From an uncultured Acidimicrobiales bacterium (GTDB lineage: Bacteria > Actinomycetota > Acidimicrobiia > Acidimicrobiales > VFJN01): a DNA stretch of 64,000 nt. The first letter of the stretch is position 1. Each line of letters begins with the position of its first letter. The stretch spans positions 106,145 through 170,144 of the forward strand of contig CAWCLR010000012.1 of NCBI GenBank assembly GCA_963796415.1. Direction: 5' to 3'. The position numbers were made by a program, and so were the translations under genes. Under the pieces are notes generated by a model. It was not told the origin of the DNA, did no database searches, and worked only from the letters and a program-made list of their open reading frames with translations. This document shows, one piece after another, positions 8,977 to 18,794 of the stretch.

Positions 8977-11460
8977 ATGACGACGACCGCGCCCAGCAGC
9001 CCCGGGGCCGGCCCCGTTCCGGCGGCGTCCGACCTCAGCGCCGACGAGCAGGCGGCGCTCACGGCCGGCGCAGACATGTGGCACACGGTCGGCGTCGATC
9101 GGCTGGGCCTCGCCGGCATCGGCGTCACCGACGGGCCGAGCGGGGCGCGGGGCTCGCAGTTCACGGGCACGAGCTCGGCGTCGCTGCCCTGCGGTACCGC
9201 CCTGGCGTCGACGTGGAACCGCGCGCTGATCGGCCGCGTCGGCCGCCTGCTCGGCGACGAGGCCCGGTCCAAGGGAGCCAGCGTGCTGCTGGCGCCCACC
9301 GTGAACATCCACCGCCACCCGCTCGGCGGCCGGAACTTCGAGTGCTACTCCGAGGACCCCTACCTGACGGCCGAGATCGCCGTGGCGTTCATCGAGGGCG
9401 TGCAGAGCCGGGGGGTCGGCTGCGCGGTCAAGCACTTCGCGTTCAACGACCAGGAGACCGACCGCATGGAGATCGACGTCGCCGTCGACGAGCGCACCCG
9501 GCGCGAGATCTACCTGCCGCCCTTCGAGGCCGCCGTGCGCCGGGCGGGCGTGTGGTCGGTCATGGCGGCCTACAACCGCGTCGACGGCCGGTACTGCAGC
9601 GAGCACCCCGGCCTGCTCACCGACCTGCTGCGGGGCGAGTGGGGCTTCGACGGGCTCGTGATGTCCGACTGGTTCGGCACGCACGGCTCGTCCGCCCTCG
9701 CCGCCGGGCTCGACCTGGAGATGCCGGGGCCGGCGAACGCGCTCGGCCACCACCTGGCCGCCGCCGTCGAGGCGGGCGAGGTCACGGCCGAGGCGGTCGA
9801 GCGGGCCGCGCAGCGGGTTCTCGACCTGATCGACCGCACCGCGCCCGTCGCGGGTGCACGCGCGGCGACCTGCTGGAGCCGCCTGCCGACGCCCCCGCCG
9901 TCGCCCGCGCCGCCGCCACCGAGGCGATCGTGCTGCTGGCCAACGACGGCGTGCTGCCGCTGGACGCCGGCGGCCGGGCGGATCGCCGTGATCGGGTGGC
10001 GGGCCGACAGGCCCGAGTTCCAGGGCGGCGGCAGCGCCCAGGTGACGCCGCCCTACGTGATCACCCCGCTGCAGGGGATCAGCGACCGCGCCGGCGAGGG
10101 CGCGGTCACCTTCGAGTCCGGGCGGACCGCGCCCCGGTCCGAGCCCATCGGCGGCCGCCTGCTGGCGACCGACGACGGCGTAGGCGACACGCCCGAGGTC
10201 CGGCTCGACTACTTCCCGGCCGGCGACCTCGCAGGAACGCCCCTCCGTACCGAGTCCGTGCGCGAGACCACGGTGGTGTGGATCGGCGAACCGGCGCCGG
10301 GCGTGCCCGTGGGCGACTTCTCTGCCCGCGTGACCGCCGCGTTCGCTCCGGACGTGTCGGGCCCGTGGACCTTGTCGGTCTCCGGCGTCGGCACGGCCCG
10401 CCTGTTCCTCGACGGCGAGCTGCTGGCCGACACGACGGACGCCCCGCCCGGCACCGAGTTCTTCGGCCTCTTCACCGAGCCGGTCGAGGCCGAGGTCGAG
10501 CTCGCGGCCGGCGCCGTCTACGAGGTGACCGCCGAGCTGGACGCCGCTCCCGCCGACGGTCCGATCACGCTCGCCGGCCTCACCGTCGAGGCCCGCCCGC
10601 CCGCCCAGTCCGATGCCGTCGAGCGCGCCGTACAGGCCGCGGCCAGTAACGACGTCGCCGTCGTCGTGGTGGGCCAGGACGAACGCGAGACCGAGGGCAA
10701 GGACGCCACGACGATGGACCTGCCGCCCGAGCAGGTCGCACTCGTCCGGCAGGTCGCGGCCGCCAACCCCCGGACGGTCGTCGTCGTCAACGCCGCCTCG
10801 CCCGTCACGATGGACTGGGCCGACGACGTGGCCGCGGTCGTCCAGATGTCGTACCTGGGCCAGGAGACCGGCGCCGCACTGGCCGCCGTGCTGTTCGGCG
10901 ACGCCGACGCCTCGGGCCGCCTGACCACCACCTACCCCCGACGGCTCGAGGACAGCCCGGCCTTCCCGAACTTCCCCGGCCAGGACGGCACCGTCGAGTA
11001 CGCCGAGGGGGTCTTCGTCGGCTACCGCCACTACGACACGCACGGGGTCGACCCGCGCTGGTGCTTCGGGCACGGCCTGTCGTACACGACGTTCGCCTAC
11101 TCGCCCCTCACCGTGGCGGCCGGTGGGTCCGACGACGGCGACGACGACACCGTCGTGCGGGTGTCGGTCGACGTCACCAACACCGGCGACCGCCCGGGCC
11201 GCGAGGTCGTGCAGGTGTACGTGCGCGACGTCGACGCCACGGTCCCGCGCCCCGACCGCGAGCTCAAGGCGTTCGAGAAGGTCGCGCTCGACCCGGGCGA
11301 GACCACCACGGTCACGGTCGCCCTCGACCGGCGGTCGTTCTCCTACTGGGACACGCAGCGCCACGGGTGGCATGCGCCGGCTGGCGAGTACGAGATCTTG
11401 GTCGGATCGTCCTCACGAGCCATCCACCAGACCGCCGCCTGGACCTGCGCGGGCAAGTGA
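8977..11460 (+). CDS. glycoside hydrolase family 3 beta-glucosidase, with an internal out-of-frame patch (~9855-9980)
   Basis: GH3 motifs are present (KHFAFNDQE, GLVMSDW, C-terminal fibronectin-like/PA14 region). The ORF is open end to end. However, residues ~295-335 are nonsense in-frame, and the expected ...DLLEPPADAPAVARAAATEAIVLLANDGVLPLDAGGR is in the frame of ORF 9078..10649. Confidence 0.85.
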   Translation: MTTTAPSSPGAGPVPAASDLSADEQAALTAGADMWHTVGVDRLGLAGIGVTDGPSGARGSQFTGTSSASLPCGTALASTWNRALIGRVGRLLGDEARSKGASVLLAPTVNIHRHPLGGRNFECYSEDPYLTAEIAVAFIEGVQSRGVGCAVKHFAFNDQETDRMEIDVAVDERTRREIYLPPFEAAVRRAGVWSVMAAYNRVDGRYCSEHPGLLTDLLRGEWGFDGLVMSDWFGTHGSSALAAGLDLEMPGPANALGHHLAAAVEAGEVTAEAVERAAQRVLDLIDRTAPVAGARAATCWSRLPTPPPSPAPPPPRRSCCWPTTACCRWTPAAGRIAVIGWRADRPEFQGGGSAQVTPPYVITPLQGISDRAGEGAVTFESGRTAPRSEPIGGRLLATDDGVGDTPEVRLDYFPAGDLAGTPLRTESVRETTVVWIGEPAPGVPVGDFSARVTAAFAPDVSGPWTLSVSGVGTARLFLDGELLADTTDAPPGTEFFGLFTEPVEAEVELAAGAVYEVTAELDAAPADGPITLAGLTVEARPPAQSDAVERAVQAAASNDVAVVVVGQDERETEGKDATTMDLPPEQVALVRQVAAANPRTVVVVNAASPVTMDWADDVAAVVQMSYLGQETGAALAAVLFGDADASGRLTTTYPRRLEDSPAFPNFPGQDGTVEYAEGVFVGYRHYDTHGVDPRWCFGHGLSYTTFAYSPLTVAAGGSDDGDDDTVVRVSVDVTNTGDRPGREVVQVYVRDVDATVPRPDRELKAFEKVALDPGETTTVTVALDRRSFSYWDTQRHGWHAPAGEYEILVGSSSRAIHQTAAWTCAGK

Positions 11461-11485
11461 CCGATCGCGCCTGCGGTCGGCGTGC

Positions 11486-12716
11486 TCAGAGGAAGCGCTC
11501 GACGTAGGGGGCGAAGCGGTCGCGGAGGTCGTCGAGGTCGAGGCCCACGTCGCGCGGCCCGGTAGTCGATGCGGCCGAGCCGGCCCCGCTGGTGGGTGTC
11601 GAGGTAGGCGCGCATCGCCGCGTCGACGTCGGGGGTGAACGGCTGATCGGCCAGCTCGAGGACGCGGCGCGCCGTGCGCGAGGTCGTCGGCCATGAAGTC
11701 GTCGAAGCGGATGTCGAGGGAGCGCTCGGCGGGGAGCACGTCGCGGTCGCGGAGGCAGGCGTCGAGCATCCCTTCGATGCGATCGGCCCACGATCGCCGA
11801 TGCGGACGGGGTCGACGGGGAAGGCATGCGTGCGGGCGGTGTAGGCGACCATCGTCGCCATCGACACCGTGACGGCGACCGGGTCGCGGTGGGTCACGAC
11901 GACGGTGGCGTCGGGGAACACCTCCGCGATGACGGGGAGCTGCTCGAGGTGTTGCGGTGACTTGAGGAGCCACCGGGTGCCGCCGCGCTGGTGGGCGAGT
12001 GCTTGGAGGGTCGTGCGCAGGAACTGGTAGTGGGGCCGCTGGTCGTGGGCCCGGTAGTAGTCGGCCCAGGCGGGGACCGAGGCGAGCGACTCGAAGAACA
12101 TGGTCGAGAAGTCGATGGCGAGGAGCTGGATCTCCTCGTGGATGTGGTCGGTCGTCATCTCGTGCATGAGCGGGAACAGGGGCATCGCCTGGTTGATGAA
12201 CCACACGGAGGCGTCGGTGCGCGCCCGGCGAGGGTCGGGCTCGATGCCGGCCTCGGACGCGAGGGGGAAGGGCTCGACGCTCTCCCAGTACGGGAGCGTG
12301 CGCAGCGACGTGTCGGTGGCGAGCAGCTGGTGCAGGTGCGTGGTGCCGGTGCGCGGGAGGCCGACGATGATGATCGGCGGGTCGAGCTCGACCTCGACGA
12401 TGCCCGGCTCGCGGGCCAAGAGGTCGACCAGCAGCAGCCGGTTCTTCAGCAGCTGGAGGACCTGGCTGTGGAAGCTGAGCACGCCGGCGTCGGTGAGCCC
12501 GGGCACGTCGCGCAGCGCAGCCAGCAGCACGTCGAGCCGCGGTTCGTAGTCGCGGTCGCCGAAGTCGTCGAGGCCGGTGTCGGCGATCGCCTGTCGACGC
12601 AGCGCGTCGGCGTCGAGCTCGCAGGCGGCCCCCATCGCCGCCATCGCCTCGAAGATCTCGACGACCTCGGGCGTGAACTGCGGTTCGGCCAGGTCGTCGA
12701 TGTGGATGTCGGCCAT
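11486..12716 (-). pseudogene. sulfotransferase family protein, three frame breaks
   Basis: MADIHIDDL... with PAPS-binding GLPRTGTTHLHQLL. The reading has to move between the frames of ORFs 11343..12848, 11413..12993 and 11486..11827, at about 11797, 11690 and 11560, to reach the conserved C-terminus ...DLRDRFAPYVERFL. Confidence 0.75.
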
Positions 12717-12780
12717 CAGGTCCCCCTCGTCCCGGCCCCGCTCGTCGAGGCGGTTGCGCTGCCGATCTGAATAAAATACG

Positions 12781-13388
12781 GTGCGAACCGAAATGCTGTC
12801 CAGCGCACCGATACCAAGGCCGGCCGGGCGCCCCCGCGACCAGCGCATCGACGACGCGGTCCTCGCCGCTACAGCCGAGCTGCTCGAAGAGGTGGGCTAC
12901 GCCCGGCTCTCGATCGCCGCGGTCGCGGCGCGCGCGGGCACGCACAAGCCGGCGATCTACCGGCGGTGGCCGTCGAAGGCCCAGCTGGTCCACGAGGCGG
13001 CGTTCCCGACAGAGGCACCACCCTCATCCCCGACACCGGGGACCTCCGCGACGACCTGGCGTCGATGGTCCGGGGGGCGGTCGAGCTGTTCGCCCGTCCC
13101 GTCGTGCGTGCTGCGGTGCCGGGCCTGCTCGCCGAGTTCGCCACCGATCCCGACCTGCACGCGCAGCTCCTCGAGCGCTTCTCCGAGCAGGTCTGGGGGG
13201 CCATGCGTGATCGCGTCGCCATCGCGACCGAACGTGGGGAGCTCCGGCCGGGGATCGACTCGTCGGTCGTGCTCGAGCTGGTGGGCGGCGCGGCGCTGAT
13301 GGCCTTGCTGACCCGGGCCCCCGACGACCTCGGCGAGCAGTGGGTCCAGTCGACCGTGTCGGTCCTGATGGAAGGAATTGCACGATGA
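12781..13388 (+). pseudogene. TetR/AcrR family regulator, one frame break near 12995-13025
   Basis: The HTH (ARLSIAAVAARAGTHKPAIYRRWPSK) is in ORF 12781... The ligand domain (TTLIPDTGDLRDDLASMVRGAV...) is in ORF 12966..13388. Confidence 0.75.
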
Positions 13389-14533
13389 CCGCTCCCGAAC
13401 GGGACGTGACCACCGCGTGGCACGAGCTGCTCGACGGGCTTCGCACCATCGATGCCGGGTTCCTCGACGGCCCCCGTGCCGTCGGCGGGCCGCGCGGCGC
13501 CGCGGACGGGTATCGCATGGCGCTGACCGCGCTGGGCGTCGCCCTCGACACGTACCTGTTCGCCGACCCGGGCCGGCCGTTGTTCGTCGACGTGGCCAGC
13601 CCCGTGCAGCGGGACCGCCGTTGGGGCGGTGACAACACCGACAGCTGGTACAGCTTCACGCCGATCGATCCCCGGCGGACCTACCGCATCAGCGGTCAGC
13701 GCGGCGACAGCGCCTACTTCTGCCTGACGATCTACAACGAGCCCGCGCCGGGCGAGTGGTCGAACCGCATCGTGGCGAACGTCAACGACACCGACCTCGA
13801 CCTCGACGCCGACGGCCGCTTCTCCTTCGTGATCGGCCCGTCCACCCCCGCTGGCCACGACGGCCTGTTCGTGCCGCTCGACGACGACGCCGCCATCGCC
13901 TTCACCCGCGACTACCAGGTCGACCCCTTGCACGGACGGGCGGTGACCTGGGAGATCGAGGTGCTCGACCCGCCCGAGCCGCTCGACCGCTCCGACGAGG
14001 CGACCGCCGCGGCGCTCCGGGCCGCGTTGCGCTGGATCCGGACCTTGTTCGACGTCGTCCCGATCGCGCTGGCACCGAAGGACCCGCAGGCGACGCAGGG
14101 CCACAACGCGCCGGTCGTGATCAACGAGTTCGCCGAGCCCTACCAGGTCGTCGGGGCGAGCTATGGGTGGTCGGCGCTCGACGCCGCGTACGGGCTGGCG
14201 ACCTTCGCCATCGAGCCGGGTCAGGCGCTGGTGGTCACCCATCGGCCACCCGCCTGCCGGTTCTGGAACCTGGTCGTGTGGAACGCCTTCATGGCCACCG
14301 AGTCCCTCCTCGACGCCCGGACCTCGATCAACATCGGCGCCGCAGTGCCGAACGCCGACGGCACCGTCACGATCGTGATCAGCCACGACCGGCTGGCGCA
14401 CCCGAACGCCATCTCCACCGCGGGGCGCGACGACGGCGGGCTCGCGTTCCGCTGGTTCCTCGCCGAATCGGTGCCGGCCCGACCGACCGTCGAGGTCGTC
14501 GACGCCGCCGACGCGCCCACGGTCCCGTCGTGA
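13385..14533 (+). CDS. DUF1214 domain-containing protein
   Basis: The ATG at 13385 forms an ATGA overlap with the TetR stop. RRWGGDNTDSWY...YRISGQRGDSAYFCLTIYN resembles DUF1214-family proteins (recalled family features, not searched). Confidence 0.75.
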   Translation: MTAPERDVTTAWHELLDGLRTIDAGFLDGPRAVGGPRGAADGYRMALTALGVALDTYLFADPGRPLFVDVASPVQRDRRWGGDNTDSWYSFTPIDPRRTYRISGQRGDSAYFCLTIYNEPAPGEWSNRIVANVNDTDLDLDADGRFSFVIGPSTPAGHDGLFVPLDDDAAIAFTRDYQVDPLHGRAVTWEIEVLDPPEPLDRSDEATAAALRAALRWIRTLFDVVPIALAPKDPQATQGHNAPVVINEFAEPYQVVGASYGWSALDAAYGLATFAIEPGQALVVTHRPPACRFWNLVVWNAFMATESLLDARTSINIGAAVPNADGTVTIVISHDRLAHPNAISTAGRDDGGLAFRWFLAESVPARPTVEVVDAADAPTVPS

Positions 14534-14611
14534 CGGGCCACCAACCGACGGCCGCCGAGGCGTCGAGCCGCGCCGGCGAAACCCGGGCAGCCGCGGAGAT
14601 GGCGACTGCGG

Positions 14612-15667
14612 TCAGACCGATGGCGTGGCGTTCGGGTGGACCACGATCCGGGGCGGCCCGTCGGACCGGCGGGCGCGGTCGAGGGCGGCGGGGACGTCGT
14701 CGAGCCCGATGATCTCGCCGACGGCGGGGAGGGGGTCGAGCCGGCCGGCGCAGATCGCGTCGAGCGTGCCGTACCAGTCGTCGGGGAGGGGGCCGCCGCC
14801 GAACTGGACGGTGACGCCCTTGTGCGTGGCCGCCGTGCAATCGAGCTGGTCGCCGGTGTACCAGCCCCCGGCGGCGTGGATGCGCGTCCACATGTCGCAC
14901 TGCTCGACGATGCGCTGGACGATCCCCGGCGCGCCGACGCATTCGAACACGACGGCCGGCGTGGTCACCATGCGCTCCTGTGCGATCTCCCGCCGGACGT
15001 CGAACGGCGAGCGCTCGTCGGGGTTCACGAGGACGTGTGCGCCGAAGGCGTCGGCGGCGAGCTGGAGCCGCTCGGGCTTGCGGTCGGACACGACGATCGG
15101 GTCGATGCCGCGGGCAGCGAGGGCGGCGACGGCCGACAGGCCGATGGCGCCGGCGCCGACGACGATCGGGATCTCGCCGGGCGCGATCCGCGAGCTGCGG
15201 ACGTAGAACTCGCCGACCGCGAACGCGTCCACCAGCGCGATCGCGTCGTTCGGCACGCCATCGGGCACGGCCCGGGCCATGCCCTCGGACACGACGAGCA
15301 GCTCGCCGAAGCTGCCCAGCGCCTCGGGGTGCTGCCCGATGACCTTGGTGCCGCCGAGTCCGCCGTCGACCAGCAGGATGGGCATCGCGGTGACCCGGGT
15401 CCCGAGGGGGTACGTGCCCGCGCAGCCGGGGCCGTGGGCCACGACCTCGCCGACGAACTCGTGGCCGAGCACGATGTCACGGTCGGGGTCGTAGACGAAC
15501 CGGCCGGTGCCGTCGTGCGTGACGACCTCGGGATGGTCCATGAAGTGCACGTCCGACGCGCAGATCGCGGTGCTGAGCGTCCGGAGCAGCATCTCCCCCG
15601 GACCGGGCGCAGGGTCCGCCGTCTCGCGGACCTCGAGCCGGCCGTCCCGCAACACGACGGCCCGCAT
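14612..15667 (-). CDS. zinc-dependent alcohol dehydrogenase family (MDR) oxidoreductase
   Basis: MRAVVLRDGRLEV..., GHEFVGEV zinc motif, Rossmann VVGAGAIGL. The start at 15667 overlaps the stop of the upstream SnoaL-like gene. Confidence 0.85.
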   Translation of the reverse strand: MRAVVLRDGRLEVRETADPAPGPGEMLLRTLSTAICASDVHFMDHPEVVTHDGTGRFVYDPDRDIVLGHEFVGEVVAHGPGCAGTYPLGTRVTAMPILLVDGGLGGTKVIGQHPEALGSFGELLVVSEGMARAVPDGVPNDAIALVDAFAVGEFYVRSSRIAPGEIPIVVGAGAIGLSAVAALAARGIDPIVVSDRKPERLQLAADAFGAHVLVNPDERSPFDVRREIAQERMVTTPAVVFECVGAPGIVQRIVEQCDMWTRIHAAGGWYTGDQLDCTAATHKGVTVQFGGGPLPDDWYGTLDAICAGRLDPLPAVGEIIGLDDVPAALDRARRSDGPPRIVVHPNATPSV

Positions 15668-16113
15668 CAGACCGCCGACCCTTCGCCCACCGGCTGGGCG
15701 TGGACCATCGTGAAGCGGCGGCGGGCGATTCGCCAGCCGCCGCTCGTGCGGACGAGATCGTCGTCGTAGTAGCCCACGGCCCGGACGCCGGTGCGGTCGT
15801 CGGGGCCGAGGACGAGCGCGTCGACGTAGGACCGCGCCGCCACGCGGTCGTGGCCGTCCGCGCTGACCGCCACGTTCGTGATGCGGTGCAGCGTGTGGCC
15901 GCAGGGCTCGTGCGATCGTGCCATCCACTCGGTGATCTCGTCGACACCGCGCCACTGCCCGATGTCGCCGTAGTCGGCCTCGCAGTCCTCGGTGAAGCAG
16001 GTGCGGAACAGATCCCAGTCACGCCGGTCGATGCCGGTCGCGTACCGCACGAGCACGTCGGCGACGTCCTGGCGGACCGCGGCGTCGACACCGCCAGTTC
16101 CCATCTCGCTCAT
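15667..16113 (-). CDS. SnoaL-like / NTF2 family protein
   Basis: 148 aa. DVLVRYATGIDRRDWDLFRTCFTEDC... is typical of the SnoaL_4 fold. Translationally coupled on both sides. Confidence 0.8.
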   Translation of the reverse strand: MSEMGTGGVDAAVRQDVADVLVRYATGIDRRDWDLFRTCFTEDCEADYGDIGQWRGVDEITEWMARSHEPCGHTLHRITNVAVSADGHDRVAARSYVDALVLGPDDRTGVRAVGYYDDDLVRTSGGWRIARRRFTMVHAQPVGEGSAV

Positions 16114-16961
16114 CCCTGTGCCTCCTGGTCGGCGCCCATCACGCCACCTCCGACCTCGATCATCAGCCGCACCGCGTCGTTGCGGGGCATCGCACCCAGG
16201 TGCTGCGCGCCGTCGCGGAGGAGATCACCGACGAACCAGGTCGGCCCGTCCCCGAGGTGCGTGACCGCCTCCTCGGCGACGTCGGTGGCGCTGACGGCAC
16301 CGGGGATCGGACTGTCGTCGTCGGGACCGGCGAGCACCCCGCGGCGGGCCAGGAGCCGGCGCAGCGCCGGGGTGTCGGTGACCCCGAGGACGAGGCTGAG
16401 CACGTCGACGCCTTCGTCGTGCAGCTCGGCCCACAGCGCCTCGCCCAGCACCATGTCGAACGCCTTGCTCGCTCCGTAGGCGACCATGTTCGGCGCGCCG
16501 ACCAGGCCGGCGCCCGACCCGACGAGCACGATCCCGCCGCGGCCGCGGGCCACCATCGGCCCGGCGAAGTGGTGGCACACCTGCACCGGGACCGCACAGT
16601 TGCGCCGCACCAGCGCGAGCGCGGTCTCGACGGGGTTGGCCAGGAACGGCTCGTAGTTCGGGTCCGCGCCCGCGCAGTACGCCACCAGGCCGACCTCGAC
16701 ATCGGCGGTCGCCTCCATGATGCGCTCCATCGCGTCGTCGTGCGCCAGGTCGACGGCCACCGCCCGGGCCTCGACCCCAGCCTTCCGCCGGATCGACGCC
16801 GCGACCTCGTCGAGCACCGCCTGGCGACGGGCGAGCAGCACCACGTGCACGCCCCGGGCCGCGAACGCCCGGGCCAGCGCGACGCCGACCCCCTCCGAGG
16901 CGCCCGCCACGACCGCCCACGGGCCGTACCGGGCGCGGAACCCGTCCCCTTCCATCGTCAC
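16110..16961 (-). CDS. SDR family oxidoreductase
   Basis: VAGASEGVG glycine-rich motif and YGASKAF catalytic motif. ATGA overlap with the downstream gene. Confidence 0.85.
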   Translation of the reverse strand: MTMEGDGFRARYGPWAVVAGASEGVGVALARAFAARGVHVVLLARRQAVLDEVAASIRRKAGVEARAVAVDLAHDDAMERIMEATADVEVGLVAYCAGADPNYEPFLANPVETALALVRRNCAVPVQVCHHFAGPMVARGRGGIVLVGSGAGLVGAPNMVAYGASKAFDMVLGEALWAELHDEGVDVLSLVLGVTDTPALRRLLARRGVLAGPDDDSPIPGAVSATDVAEEAVTHLGDGPTWFVGDLLRDGAQHLGAMPRNDAVRLMIEVGGGVMGADQEAQG

Positions 16962-16973
16962 GATGCCCCTCCC

Positions 16974-16984
16974 CTGTCAGACAG
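16974..16984. promoter_or_regulatory. 11-bp perfect palindrome CTGTCAGACAG in the SDR-operon/TetR divergent region (possible TetR operator)
   Basis: Read directly. It lies 13 bp upstream of the SDR start and 60 bp upstream of the TetR start. Confidence 0.3.
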
Positions 16985-17043
16985 TTCTAGGACGTTATCT
17001 CCTGTAAGTTCCCGGCGTCGAGCGGAGGGCCCGTAACCTCCCC

Positions 17044-17646
17044 GTGATGACGGAACCGGCCACCGGGCGGTCCGGCCGCCCCCGGGACGCCAGCATCGAC
17101 GCCCGCGCGCTCGAGGCCGCCCGTCGGCTGCTCGTCGAGGACGGCTTCGCCGCCACGACGATCCGGGCGATCGCAGACCGCTCCGGCGTCCACGCGTCCG
17201 CCATCTACCGCCGCTGGCCGTCACGGGTCGAGCTCATCGAGGAGGCCGTGTTCGCCGGGCTGCCGTCGAAGCGCGTGCGGCCCACCGGCGACCTCCGCCG
17301 CGACCTGCGGCGGTTCCTGCGTGCCTACGTGACCACGTTCGACTCGCCCGCGGTGCGCGCCGCGATGCCGGGCCTGCTGGCCAGCAACCGATCCGGTCGA
17401 CGAGCGCCCGAGGCGTGGCTCCGGCTCTCCGTGCGACCCCAGTTCCGGGCGATCCTCGCCGCCGCGCCGCCCGGCACGGTCGACCAGCGGGTCGACCCCG
17501 ACGACGTCTTCGACCTGCTCCTCGGCGCGGTCCTCGTGCGCGTCGTCGTGCCGGACGACGTCCGCCGGCGGCCCCCGATCGAGCGCACGGTCGACCTCCT
17601 GCTCCGGGCGCTGTCGCCGGGCACGGCCGACGCCGACGAGGGCTAG
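17044..17646 (+). CDS. TetR/AcrR family regulator
   Basis: HTH TTIRAIADRSGVHASAIYRRWPSR. Divergent from the SDR-SnoaL-ADH operon. Confidence 0.85.
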   Translation: MMTEPATGRSGRPRDASIDARALEAARRLLVEDGFAATTIRAIADRSGVHASAIYRRWPSRVELIEEAVFAGLPSKRVRPTGDLRRDLRRFLRAYVTTFDSPAVRAAMPGLLASNRSGRRAPEAWLRLSVRPQFRAILAAAPPGTVDQRVDPDDVFDLLLGAVLVRVVVPDDVRRRPPIERTVDLLLRALSPGTADADEG

Positions 17647-17691
17647 TCGCCCGCCCGGGTGACCCGGGTGCGGTAGGGGTCCACGGCTGGA

Positions 17692-18630
17692 TCAGGTCCG
17701 CTCGGCGTGGCGCACGGGCTGGTGCGATGCGACCGTCGCCGCGAGGGCCTCGTCGAGCGGCGTGGCGTGGTCGCCCAGGAGGGCCGCGTAGGCCGAGTGG
17801 TCGACCACCCAGTCGTCGGTGAACTCGTAGAGCATCTCCACCATCTCGCGGACGGGCGGCACGACGACGCCGACGAGCCGGAGCTGCCAGCGGGCCACCC
17901 GGCGCAGGTCGAGCGGGTGGCCGGCGAAGGCGGCGGCGCGCTCGGCGAAGGCGCGGGTCGTGACCGCGGGCGAGTTGGGCACGTGCCAGGCTCGACCCCA
18001 CGTGGCGGGGGTCTCGGACAGGCGCACCATGGCCTCGCCGAAGTCGAGGACGTACGTGTAGGTGTGGCGCCGATCGGGGTCGCCGATGACACGGACGGCT
18101 TTGCCCAGGGCGAGCGGACCGAAGAAGCGGCCGCCGACGGCCGAGGCATCGACGCCGGGCCCGAAGAAATCGGACGCTCGGGCGGCGACCACCCGCAGCC
18201 GGCCGTCCGCGTGGGCCGCCTCGAGGTCCTGCCACAGCCGGGCGCGCACGGCGCCCTTGCGGGTGGTGGCGGTGAGCGGGAGGTCCTCGGTGATCGGGCC
18301 GGTGACGGGACCGTAGCCGTACAGGTTTTCGGCCACGACGAGGAGCGCGCCGACCGACATGGCGGCGTCCATCGCCCGGGCCTGCAGGGCCGGGAACTCC
18401 TCGGGCCAGCGGTGGTAGGGGGGCTGAGCGCACTGGAACACGACCTCGGCCCCGGCGACCGCGCCGGCGGCCTGGGCCGGGTCACCGAGGTCGGCCCGCC
18501 GGCTGATCGCCCCGGGCACGGCGGCCCCGGATCGAGTGACGACGGCCGGCTCGATGCCCCGGGCGACGAGAGCGGCGACGACGGCCCGGCCGACGGGTCC
18601 GGCGCCGAGGACGACGTGGGTGGTGGACAT
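17692..18630 (-). CDS. NAD(P)-binding NmrA/epimerase-like protein
   Basis: N-terminal Rossmann VLGAGPVGRAVVAAL. 312 aa. Confidence 0.8.
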   Translation of the reverse strand: MSTTHVVLGAGPVGRAVVAALVARGIEPAVVTRSGAAVPGAISRRADLGDPAQAAGAVAGAEVVFQCAQPPYHRWPEEFPALQARAMDAAMSVGALLVVAENLYGYGPVTGPITEDLPLTATTRKGAVRARLWQDLEAAHADGRLRVVAARASDFFGPGVDASAVGGRFFGPLALGKAVRVIGDPDRRHTYTYVLDFGEAMVRLSETPATWGRAWHVPNSPAVTTRAFAERAAAFAGHPLDLRRVARWQLRLVGVVVPPVREMVEMLYEFTDDWVVDHSAYAALLGDHATPLDEALAATVASHQPVRHAERT

Positions 18631-18715
18631 GGCGTTGGCTCCAGGTGTCGAGGAACGGTGGGACGGGCGTCATGGCCTCGCGGGGGCAGGGCACCGCTCC
18701 GCGCGAATCACGATC

Positions 18716-18761
18716 CGAACGGTGTTCGGTATTGGCTACCACGATGATCGAACAGTGTTCG
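18716..18761. promoter_or_regulatory. two copies of dyad CGAAC-N3-GTTCG (CGAACGGTGTTCG at 18716-18728, CGAACAGTGTTCG at 18749-18761), candidate TetR operators
   Basis: Read directly in the AT-richer divergent region between the NmrA-like gene and TetR. The centres are 33 bp apart. A third GTTCG-rich segment lies at 18775-18790. Confidence 0.5.
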
Positions 18762-18794
18762 TAATGCAAGCGCTGTTCGTATAACGTTCGTCAC

